Part shown: positions 37,437-49,400 of the stretch, piece after piece | Numbering within the stretch: the stretch's first letter is position 1 | How the letters are laid out: each line of letters starts with the position of its first letter | The notes under the pieces: model-generated | The model's input: only the letters and a program-made list of their open reading frames with translations | What the model was told of the DNA's origin: nothing | Database searches by the model: none | From: a virus | Length of the DNA stretch: 64,000 nt | Virus record (IMG/VR): IMGVR_UViG_3300044997_000902 | Span: 4,076-68,075 of that record | Strand: one strand, 5' to 3' | Program-made: the position numbers and the translations under genes

Positions 37437-40400
37437 ATGAGTAATCCAACAACATTACCTTCTACAGAGATAGATATAATTAATATCACAAAAAATACTC
37501 AAGGCTTTAAGATCAGGATAAACCCAATTAATAATATAGAAAATATAGAAACATATAATCTATATCTTAGTGATTATACTTATAATCTCGAGCCAAATAG
37601 TAATCCAGTCAACTTTTTAATAAAAGAGTTGCCTGTTTTAGAAACGGATCAGTATTTCTACTATATTCCTAAAAATACAGGCATGCACTATTTAACTATT
37701 TTTTCTAAAAATAATATGGGATTAGAATCTTCTGGAATTCTATTTACCGGAATAATTCCTTATCAAAATTTAATAAAAGAAGTTAGTCTAGAGAATTTAA
37801 ATTATTATACTAGTGGATATATGCGATTATGCGATAATGCTAGCACAATCACTTTAAATGAACCTTATGCTTTATTAGGATATCAGTTGAATTACTCTTC
37901 TGCAACAACTCAAGATTATATCAATAATCAAGGTTTTTTATATAAAGATTTTGCCCCGTATTTCAAAAATAAATATACAAGAATATATAACAGAGTAATC
38001 CCAGCCATAGATAATAATAGCGGTATCCTTTTTGATCAAACTATATTAAGAAATTCATCAAATGATATTTATGCAATTCAATCAGTTGGCAACTCTGTAA
38101 ATAAAGATTTTTCTGTAAATGAAAGTATTTCTATTTCTGATGTAAATATAGTTCGTTCTCCAGAATATTCATCGATATCTTCTGATAATAATAGATATTT
38201 TATTTTTGATTATAGTAGTAATTATAGTGCATTTTTAACTTCTAATACAAAATATATCCAAGGTACTTCAGATGAAAATACAATATTGTTTAATCCAGAC
38301 ATGGATACGACAGGTTCATTTTTTAATAAAATATTAAATTTAACTGGAACTACTGGAGAAATACCAACTAATTATGTCAGAATAAGTGAGCCAGGGCATT
38401 ATAATTCATATTATATAACTAGCGAGGCGATTGACGAAGATGGTTTTTCTTCTGCTGGTGGAAATATAAATAAAAAGGATGATCCAGAAAGGTATACAAA
38501 TCAAGATGGGTATAGAATAGTTAAAATACAACATAATACAATATCTAGAGATCATGTTAGTAAAATGTTTAAAAATTATAAAAGAGTGGATGAGAATAAA
38601 ATCACTTTTGATATAAAAGGAGATTTATTACCTGTTGATATTGGCCTAGAAGCTATAGTAATTATTCCTCAAAAATACGAACAAAACATCAATATTAAAC
38701 AAAATAAAGTTTATTCTGATGATTTTATATTCTTAAAAAATCTAGATAAGTTAGAAAACAATACAGAGAAAAATTACTCTGTTGAATTAATCGATTCTCA
38801 AACTGAAACGAAATACCGAATAACAACATATTTAAATCCAGATAGTCCTTTATTAAGAGATAACATTTTCTCTGCAAGAATATATTACTTAAACGCTTTA
38901 CAGTCATATTCATTGTATGCTTATCTTAGCGAAATAGGATTTACAAATGAAGGTTTAGAATATTATATTCAAAATACAGAATTAATTAGTAAATATATTA
39001 CTTTAAATAAATTTATAAAAGATACAAAAAATTATACTTCTATAATTGCGGCAAGTTATCAAGGTTTAGTTTACTTTTTTACTCCAGAAAGTCTTCCTTA
39101 TATAGCTTGGCCTAATCAAAATTATAGAGATCTCTATCTTAAAAAAGGTGGTGCAAGAATGTTAGATTTTGAATACGATGGATTAGCTTCTGGACCAGAA
39201 TTTTTTGATTATTTTCCATTATCGAATGCTCAAGAAAATAATAACTTTTTGCTTGGAGATAAATATAAAACTACTTATAGATGTTTAGATTCTTATAAAT
39301 ATATAAGTAATGCAAGCTATGCGTTTTTAACTCCAGAAGATGTGCCAAGCTCTGGTATTTATGGCAGTGAAAGTTATCTTGGGGTTTATGATCCTGGTAA
39401 TATTGGAGATGCACAATCTCCAAATACTGCTGATTTTAAAAGCGTAAATTATGATTTAAATTATTTTAAAGCCAAAAATATATTAGCAGTTAAATTTATT
39501 CGTGCAGGAATCCAAAAAGATGATGCTTATGCAATAATAGAATTTATATTAGATATACCAGATGCAGAAGACTTTATTATACAAGGGATATCTGGAACAG
39601 ATACAATATTAGAAAAAGGTATAAAAGAAATAAATGGAGTAAATTATCATTATTTTGTAGCAAAATTTGTATCTTCTTGCGGTGTAGATACAGATCCAGT
39701 TTTAGATGGAGTAATAATAGATCAAAAAAATATCGTTGATTCAAAAAAAATGATATCATTTTTAGTCTATCCTACTAAATTTAAACTTGTTGAAGATCCA
39801 GATGATGTTCCTTTCTTTGGAGATATTTATCTCTTAGCCACGAATTTAGATAATAATCAATTTAGCATATTAAAAGAATGTCCATATACGATATTAAATA
39901 ATAACATGGATTGCACTAAAGGCTGCTGCGTTCAAGATATTAATCCAATAACTCTTAGAGCACCATATAAACAATTTTATATATTGTCTAAATTTATAGC
40001 TAATCAAACAGAAAATAACTATCCTTTTGGTAAAATAGATGGAACTACAAATTACGTTCTAGGATCTGCAGCATGGAGATATAAAGTTTTAGATTATAGC
40101 GAATCAGTTCATCAAATAAAATATAAGAAACCAACAATATCAACTAATAGATTTAGTTTTGGAATAGTATGCTATCCCGAGCATAATGTTGGATTAGATA
40201 AAATATTAATTTATATGAAAAATATTTATAATATAAATGATATTACATGGAAAGGCTCAGATTTAATTGATTCTTACACTTTTGATGATATTGTTAAAAC
40301 ATATCCAATCTACTTATCTATACCTGATTTTTCATTCTCTAAAAAAGGAACACAATTATTCGAAAAAATAGCTAACGATTATAATTCTTGGATTAAGAAT

Positions 40401-40493
40401 GGTAATATGTTCGCTATTAAAATTCATCTTGTAGATAAAAGCGGAGATGTTTTATCTCAAACTTTCGCTTTTATTAATGACGAAAATATTTAA
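37437..40493 (+). CDS. Putative tail-tip protein (may correspond to the distal part of gpJ)
   Basis: 1018-aa ORF starting immediately after the gpJ stop, in frame; FN3-like N-terminus (YNLY...HYLTIFSKN..GLES). Confidence 0.6.
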   Translation: MSNPTTLPSTEIDIINITKNTQGFKIRINPINNIENIETYNLYLSDYTYNLEPNSNPVNFLIKELPVLETDQYFYYIPKNTGMHYLTIFSKNNMGLESSGILFTGIIPYQNLIKEVSLENLNYYTSGYMRLCDNASTITLNEPYALLGYQLNYSSATTQDYINNQGFLYKDFAPYFKNKYTRIYNRVIPAIDNNSGILFDQTILRNSSNDIYAIQSVGNSVNKDFSVNESISISDVNIVRSPEYSSISSDNNRYFIFDYSSNYSAFLTSNTKYIQGTSDENTILFNPDMDTTGSFFNKILNLTGTTGEIPTNYVRISEPGHYNSYYITSEAIDEDGFSSAGGNINKKDDPERYTNQDGYRIVKIQHNTISRDHVSKMFKNYKRVDENKITFDIKGDLLPVDIGLEAIVIIPQKYEQNINIKQNKVYSDDFIFLKNLDKLENNTEKNYSVELIDSQTETKYRITTYLNPDSPLLRDNIFSARIYYLNALQSYSLYAYLSEIGFTNEGLEYYIQNTELISKYITLNKFIKDTKNYTSIIAASYQGLVYFFTPESLPYIAWPNQNYRDLYLKKGGARMLDFEYDGLASGPEFFDYFPLSNAQENNNFLLGDKYKTTYRCLDSYKYISNASYAFLTPEDVPSSGIYGSESYLGVYDPGNIGDAQSPNTADFKSVNYDLNYFKAKNILAVKFIRAGIQKDDAYAIIEFILDIPDAEDFIIQGISGTDTILEKGIKEINGVNYHYFVAKFVSSCGVDTDPVLDGVIIDQKNIVDSKKMISFLVYPTKFKLVEDPDDVPFFGDIYLLATNLDNNQFSILKECPYTILNNNMDCTKGCCVQDINPITLRAPYKQFYILSKFIANQTENNYPFGKIDGTTNYVLGSAAWRYKVLDYSESVHQIKYKKPTISTNRFSFGIVCYPEHNVGLDKILIYMKNIYNINDITWKGSDLIDSYTFDDIVKTYPIYLSIPDFSFSKKGTQLFEKIANDYNSWIKNGNMFAIKIHLVDKSGDVLSQTFAFINDENI

Positions 40494-43400
40494 CGTCCTA
40501 AGTCTCTTCCTTTGCTACCTTGATATAATACTCCACCTGGACGTTGTTCTTCAACGATAACTTTCAATACTTGTTGTCTTAGTAATTCCGCAAGGACTCT
40601 AGATCTTTCCATAGTCTTCTTGAATTTTTCTTGATCTGTTTCTTGATTTGTTCCAGAGCCTTGATCTTCTTGTGTAGTTGAATTTGTTGTTTTTCCATTT
40701 TGATCCACGTTAACATTTATATTAATATTATTTGTAACTCCACCTCCACCAGATTCTGTAGTATCAGTTGCTCCTTCGTTTTGAGTTTTAGTTTCTCTAT
40801 TTTGCTCTTCAATGCCTTTATTCAATTGCTCTAGAGATTTAACTAATTTAGTAATTGATTCTACAAATTGATTTCTTGAATTATCTTGCTGGGTATTTTG
40901 ATCCATACCAACTGATGGTAAATTAGTACCTACTGGTCCTCCTTCTGCAAACCCTTGAACTTGTCCTCTATTTAGACGATTAAAGAAGGGCTCGCCCATC
41001 TTATCTACAATATCTTTGCGAATAACATATTCGCCACCCATTAACATTGCTGGAACATCATCTTTATAAGATGTTCCTCCATATATCATACCTCCAATAG
41101 CCCTACTTGCCCAGCTTGGAGTTATGCCTAATCTACTGCCAGTCGAAAACCAGTTACTAAAAGGAGTTCCAAAAGAATTAAATCCAGATTGATATCCTGT
41201 TCCGCCAAATCCACCAAAATATCTACTACCAAATGCAAATGGACTATATGTATTTGGAGTCATTGGAAATTTAAAAGCATTTAATTGAGAGAGAGATGAG
41301 AATGGACTTGCGCCAATGTAATTTAAATAATTATTAAATCCTTTTTCTCCAAATGAAGAATATCTATTCTTGAAATTATTCCCGTAGAATGAAGAAAATC
41401 TTGCGGCTAATTTACCATAATCTCCTTTATTTTTTACATCATATAGACTTCCAACACTTTGATAAAGATTTGGAGCATTTCCTGTCGCCATATCTACCAT
41501 ATTTCTTAAATCTCTGAAATATGGAAGTTGCATCATTGAAGCCTGAGCAGCTTCTTCAAAAAGCTGAGACTGACTTTTTACATATTCTGCAATTATAGGA
41601 TCATTAAGATCAAGCGGAGTTTGGTTTGCTCCTGGTATATTAACTTGGGTAGAGGGTAATCCACCTCTTTGCGATGTTGTAGGCGCATTAACTTGAGGTC
41701 CAATTATAGGAATATTGCCTGGACCTTTTGAGATAGTAGGAATTGCTCCTTTCCCCAATCCTCCACCAGATGGAAGTATACCTAAAGGATCACGAAAATA
41801 TTCACTAACTTTTTTAGCAAAATTTTGCGTAGTTGCTCTTGCATTAGTTGTTATCGGAGGTTGCGCTACTCTAGGCGAAGTTATAATATCCTCGCCCATG
41901 CTGTACATGATGGGGCTTTTAGTAGGGCCTATAGATACATCAGGGATTTGAGTTGTTGGCATTCCTCCCATAGGCATTTGCGAAGCTAGTGTACCTATTC
42001 TAGACCCTCTACTACCAACATATGGCATGTCTGAACGTGTAGGTCCATATGGGATAGCAGAACGAGTAATATAGCTAGGCGCATTCGTCATAGATCCTTG
42101 ACTACCAACATATGGCATATTTGAACGAGTAGGTCCGTCTGGAGTAAGATAGCGAGTAATAGGATTAGTGTTAGTGAAAGGATTAGCTTGAGGACCAACA
42201 GTGGATATGTTCGTTCCAGCTATAGTATTTGTATTTGCTCCAGGAAAAGGTGCATTTAGAGGTAAATTTAGATATTCTGCTACAGCTTTTTTACTTAGGA
42301 TCATGCCCGCGATCTGAGTATTATCTGCGGGAATACCCATATTCATCATTCTTATTTTTTTAACTCCTGATTTTTTTAATTGAACATCAAAATGTTCTCC
42401 TGTAGAACCAGGAGTTCCAATTCCTTCATAATTTAATGCATAATCTGCTCCAGCCTGCAGTCCATATTCTTTTTCTAAATTATCTACTATCATGCTCTTT
42501 TGCTCTTGGTAAAACTTATTTTGGCCTTTTAATGTAAAATCTACTTTATATCCTGTTCTATGAGATGTGTCTGGAGCTCTTCTAGTCATATGATATAGAT
42601 CATTTACTCCAGTGATTCTATTAAATCCACCTCCTGGTAATCCAGACATACTACTTATCATGGACACAAATTGCATAACTTCTGGACTATTAAATCCTCC
42701 TCCAAAAGCTTGTTGATTCATTTTATTTAAATCTGCATAAGTACTATTAGTTGTCAAACCTAATTGTCTTAATGTAGTTGTTTCTCCAAAATTTCCTTTT
42801 ATAGGAAGATCGAGTTGATCAGGAGTAATATATTTGCTTGCTCCACCTCCATCAAAATAACCTCTAATTAATCCACCTTTTGCATATCCTCTGCTATAGC
42901 CAAATGGATTTGTATTTTGATTTAAGAAATCGTAAACTAAATTATTACGACCAGGAGCAATCGGTGTTACTGGTGAAGCAAAATTTAAGAGGTAATCTTG
43001 TTGTGCATTTTGAGTATAAGTTTGAAAACCTGCTGGAGCACCTAACCCAACTCCAAATTGAAATCCACCTATGCTTGAAGTTGGTAAAAAATTTGATCCA
43101 CCTCCCATACCGCCTCCAAACCCTCCTTGATTACCAAATTGAGGGAAAAGATTTGCTTGTTTTCTAAAATCATTAAATCCATAATTTTGATACGAAGTTA
43201 TGGCTTGTTCGTTCTGCTTAGCTATCATCTCTTTTTGAAAAGCGCTCATTGTTTGAGATCCACCGCCTTGACCAGCGCCACTAAAGATTCCTTGAACAAC
43301 ATTTTGAGCTATGTTCTGTATTCCTCCAAATATTCCTCCAAAACCTCCACCTCCTCCCATGCCTCCTAAAAATGGTGAGACCGCTGAAAATCCTACGCTT

Positions 43401-46400
43401 AATAATCCTCCTATAAGAGTTCCCATTCTTTGTTGATTATAAGCTGCCATTCTTCTCGCGTTCTCTTCGTCTGCTAAGCGTTGAGCTTCTTTTCTCTGTT
43501 CTTCTACTTGACGATATTGTTCATTATATCCAGTCTTAAAATTTGCTACTTGTTCTTGATAACTTTGCATACCAAGAAATCTTTGAGTTCTAAGAGCATT
43601 CATTGGATTATTCTCATCAGTTACAGCTCTTGAACTTAGAAGATCTGATATATTAAATCTTCCTGTTAATGCTGGTACATTAGCTAATTCTTTTGGAGAA
43701 CCAACCGTTGTTTTGAATGCTTCGGGCATATAATATTCATTTAATTTTTCTCCAGCTGCTCCATAAAAATCATATTGATTTACAAGCAGACTGTTAATAC
43801 TTCCACCTGTTGCATAACCTCTAATTCTGCCACCTTTAGACAAGATATTATTTCCACCGCCAGGAAAATATCCTAGTTCGGCCATCGATTGATCAAATAA
43901 ATCAAGATTACCAAATATTCCTCCTGCAACTCCAAGCATTTTGACTCCTGTCTTTAATAAAGGACTACCAAATCTTGTGGCTAGTCCTTTGGCAACATTG
44001 TTGCCTAAACCCAAAAGCGATTTCCCAATTTTTTGAAGCCTTGGGGATACTGGTTTGTATTGACCTCCCCCAATATGTTTCCATATTTTGGTTTTTTTGG
44101 CATCCATTTCTTTTAAATGGTTTCCAGCTTCATCTGTCGGGAAATGAGTACCGGCTTTGCCGTGTCTTCCCATTTTAGAGGGTTGTAGTGATTTATCCCC
44201 AGTCTCAATAATGTAGTGATTCGGATCACCTGAAGCATAGCTCATGCTTGCCTGTCCCTTGGCGAAAGACGGAAACGTAGTTGGCCTACCATCTAGTCTA
44301 ATTTTTCCCGATGCCGTTGGGTCATAATCAGCTCCCCGATATGTTGGACTACCTGCCGTTCTAATTTTTTGTGACTCTACGATATCATCGTAAACATCTT
44401 GCCCGCGCACAACCCTGTAAAATTTGTTAGGGTCTGAGAAATAATCTATGTTTTGGTTGCCAAGTGGCTTTAATCCTCTACTAAATAAAGAAGGTTTTGC
44501 TACAGAGCTCATAGTGGGAGAAATAGTTGGTGTTGTACCAGGTTTTGAAACTTCTATAGGCTTTTGTAAACTCCAGGCCATTCTTACATCATCAAGAAAT
44601 GCAGATGTAGGTCCCATGCCTCTTGCATTTTTAGCGCTTTTTAAAGAATCAAAATAACGACCTCTTGCAGCTTTATCCATGTAATTTGGATTAGATCTTT
44701 TTGCGTCTTTAATTTCTCTATCTATTTGTCTTCTAAGAAATGCTGGCATGTTTACAGCTTTATCTCTCATTACTAAAAATGTTCGATCTTTTCTTCCTCC
44801 CATAGCATTTAATTCTAGTCCATCATATTGTGAAAGTGAAGTAAGCTGTCTTTGATATAAGGGTAAATTATTTAGGACTTTATCTGAAACTCTTGCATCG
44901 AAATAATCTCCTAATTTTACTCCAGATACTTTTAAGCCCATAGCTTGCGAATATACAGATCCTCCCATACCAGGACGCATTACAAGCCGCTTTTCTAAAC
45001 CTGAAAAAGCTTGAACCGTCTTTGCTTTTGATGCAAATGGTACATTATCTTCTGATCCACTAACATAAAATAGTTTTCCTGCTACGTTCTGGAATCGCAT
45101 AGCAAGCGCACTGTTTGCATATCCTGCGGCCTGTTGAAAATGTGGAGTAGCATGTAAAGCTTTACCGGTAACTGGTATTCCTCCTTGTAAAGATTTTGTA
45201 AAAGGAATGGGCATACTTAACATTTTTCCACCTTTGCCTCCTCTAAACACCATTCTGTTATTAGCTTGTAAAAATCTATCGTTTAAATAACTTGATACAT
45301 CATTTCTGGGAAAAAATAATTCTTCAATAAATGTTGAAGCGCTTCTATCTGCGCCTCGGATACCCATTGCTTGTATTCCACCCCCACCACCATATCCTTT
45401 TATCATTCCGCCCTGATTAAGCATATTTAGAGCATTTATACCATATTTATTAACAGCGCTTTTTCTTAATACATATTCGCCATCTGTAAGCATAGCTGGA
45501 ACGTCATCTTTTACTCCACTCCCGCCATCTACATAACCGCCACCACTATATTTTTTAATTAATCCTCCTTTAGCTTTGCCACCGCCAAATATACTGTTAA
45601 ATATTCCTCCTAAAAATCCACCACTATTTCCTCCACCTGCAGATCCAAATCCACCTCCACCTGTAAATGCGCCTATAAGACCACGCATACCAATACTAAA
45701 TTGTTCCTTAATAATTTGTTGAGATATGCTAAGTAACATATCTTTAAAAGCTTGATCTGCGGTTTTTGTTCCATCGACAAATGCTCCAAAAGCGTCTTCA
45801 AATCCGGTTTGTAAATTTTCAGCTAGATTACCAAAAGATTTATTAATTTTATCTGCAGTCGTAGCCGCATTATCTCCAAAGCGATCAAAGAAAGAATTAA
45901 GAGGATCTAACCCTTCTGCAAAATTACCTTGTTTTAATTGTTTTTCTAATATGTCTTGTCTTGCTTGAGCTCTTTCTCCAGAAAACATAAATGGCGCATT
46001 TTTTTCAAACTCAATTTTATCTATAGCTATTTTTAATCTTTCAAAAGCTTGAGTTGTTGATATTGCACCATTATTCCAATCTTTTTGTATCTCTGCTGCT
46101 TGCTGAGTATATTCACTGAGATATTTTATTCTATCTGCTCCGTATCCCAACGAATCACTCAACTCTCTATATCCGGTAGCAAATTGTTCAGCAAAATTCT
46201 GATTTTTTTGACCACTTAAATTTTGTTCCATCTTATTAAAATCTATTCTTCCTAAAGCGGCAGGAGTAATTCCTCCAGGCATAGCGAATTGTCTTTGTAA
46301 GTCTTCTATTCTTGTTATAGGCATTTCTCCTCTAGCAAATGCTGCATTTGTTTCTGCTATTAATTTTTCTGTTCTTTCTGCAGATTTTTGTAGCTCTAAC

Positions 46401-49400
46401 CATTTATTAAAATATCTCTCTAAAGTATCAGGATTAATTTCATTAAGTATTTCCGAAATATAAGCTGCGTCTTCTCCATTTTTTACAAGTCCCGATATAA
46501 GATCTTTTAATCCTGAAAGACCTTTAGAATTAAAAGTATTTATTAATTCTTGAATTTTTGAACTTTGAATATTTCTTTCCGTATTACTTAAATTATTAAA
46601 TAATCCAGCCACACTTTCTGCACCAATCCTTACGTCTTCATTTAATTGTCTTCTTTCCGTTGGTTTTAATTGTTTTTCATTTGCAATTTGTAAATCTCTC
46701 AAATCAATATTGGGAGATAATCTTAATAACTGAGAAGGACTAAACATTCCTGGGCTAAGCAAATCTTCTATTTTTTTCGAGCTTGAAACTACTCTTGTGC
46801 CAGATATTACTGCTTGAGAAGATTTTTGAGCTTCTGCTTGAAGTTCTGAAATTTTAGTTTTTAATTCGGAGGTATCTCCAACTTTACGATAAAGATTCTC
46901 GATTTCAGCCCCTGCTCCTGGAAGAGCTTCATTTAATTTTGCTATACTACTTGCAAGATCTTCCGTTGCTTTTTCTTGTAGTCTTACTCTTTGTTCCGTG
47001 CTCAAACTTGTATTATTTTGGATACTTGAAAGAGTTTCTAAAGATGTAGAAAGCAACTGAGTTGCAGAATTTACATTATTTAAACTTTCTTGAGCTTTTT
47101 CTGCTCTATTTTTTAATTCTGGCATTATGTCATTAAATTCTTTAATCGCGGTAGTTGCAGCAGAAATTGCTCCTAACCCGCCACCGATTATAGCTCCTGC
47201 TCCTGTGCCTAAACCTGGTATAGCACTTCCTACCATTGCTCCTATTCCAGCATAAGAAGCTACCGTACCTAGACCTGTTACTCCAGCTTTAGTTGCTCTA
47301 CCTCCACGAGTAACATCATCTCCAACAAATTCGCTAGCTACGCCAGAAAGTAATGGCGCAGCTAACGCTATTCCTGTTCCATATCTCCCCATAAATCTTC
47401 CTGCTGCTCCGCCTATTCCACCAACAATTCGACCTCTAGGATTTCTCGCAAATACGCCCATTTGATTTTCCATAGAAGCTCTTTGACGACTTTCTGCTGC
47501 TTCAAATTCTGCTTTCTCTTGAGTAAGCGTTGTAATTAATTTTTGATCTTTAACTTCTGCTTTTTCTGCTTGAGCTAATAATTGTTGAGCAGCTCTTCTT
47601 TCTTTTAAAATTCTAGCCAATTTATTTCTTTCTTCTTGCATTACAGCTTGATCCATAGTATTCTGGCCCATTCCCATAAAACTTTGCATTGTAAAAAATA
47701 AAGTCATTGGATCAAAACCGGCTGGAGCAAAATTAGGCACAAATCCATTTGATACTAAACCTTGCATATTTTTGGAGTTTTTAATTGCTTTCTGTAATCC
47801 CTCTGGATGGTCTTTCATTACTGCTGCGAAATTTGGTTGAGTTGCTCTATCTCTGACATATAATCCAAGTCCTTCTTTATAATCTAAAGTAGGCTGACCA
47901 CCAAGATTTTTTTCTGTTTCAAAAGCTCTTTTTAATGGAGAAAAATTAGGTATAAATCCAAGAGCTTTTTCCATGCTGTTAGTAATAATTTTTTCAGCCA
48001 TGCTATTTCTATTGTCAAGGGAAAGAGAATTTTTAAAATCTCCTCCTTTCCATTTCTCATTATCTAATACTGGATTTTTAAAAGTTTTTCCTAGCTGCTG
48101 TAATTCTTTACTAGTTAAATCTAAAACACGAGTACGATCAGATGGAACTATATTTAACGCAGCTAAAATTCCTCCTTCAAAAGCGTTACCAACTATTGTA
48201 CCAATTTGATCTTGAGATATGTTACTTTTTAAATATCTTTTAAATTGCGCTTTTTTAATAATCTCTGGATTAACTCCCGCTAAACCAGTTAAAAAGTTAG
48301 AAGACGAATCTACTAAAGCATTAATTGCATTTCCATAAATACCTGGACCTATAATTGAATTTTTTTTACTTTTTAATTCCCCTGGAAATGGAACTGCATA
48401 AAAACCAACTTGTTTACCATCTTTAGATTTGCCTATAGTTGGAAAAGACATATCTGCATTACTAAATCCAGGATATACCAATACATAATCTCTTATTTTA
48501 CCTCCACCTTTTTCATATAGTCTTCCTTTTTTTGCTGCGGTATCTTCTAAATATTTTTTAGAATTAAAAACTAATTTATTATATTTTGATTCTGGCACCC
48601 AATATGATCCATATAGTGGTACAACTCCTAATTTTGCCCCTTCTATTTTGCCTTCTTTTGTATCTAAATATTGTTTTAATTCATTACCACTAGCTTTTAC
48701 ATATCCTTTTTTTATCATTATGTCTGTTTGAGCTTGAGTAGTTGGTCTACCTGCAAAATTAGGAATAAATCCGCTACTAGCATAAGGATCAATTCCATAT
48801 TTATCTTTAAATTTTTGTTTATAATTCTTGCCAGCTTCGCTACTTTCTGGAGGCATAATTCCAGGCTGTTTTAATCCTTCGAATTTTTTTACTTCTTCAG
48901 CGCTATTATAAGTAACTCTTCCATAATTAGGGATATTCATAGAACGAATTTTTCCTGGCATATAACCGCCAGCTATTGCTCCCATTATTTCTTTATTTGC
49001 GCTAAAATTAGGAATAAAACCTTGGCTTTTTGCTCTAATAACGCCTTTTTCAGATGTTACTCCACGAGACATTAAACCACGAGAAAGTGTCGCAGCTATT
49101 GCGGTAGATTGTTGGCGAGCTTGAGTTTGAGCTTGTATTACAGTGAGAATATCTTTTTCTACCTGCAAAAGAGATACTTGTTTATTTAAAATATTTTGAA
49201 CTAAAGCCGGATTTTGAGATAAAATAGCGTTTATTCTTTCTTGTATCTGGGCTTGAGCTTGAGCTTCTCTATTTAAGCCTAATACGGTTTTAACTGCGTC
49301 AGTAGTAAATTTAGCAAGATTAAGAAAAATCTTTCCAAATACTCCAATTAATAAAGCTAATCCTGGACCAGAGATAAAAGATCCAATACCATCAAAAATT

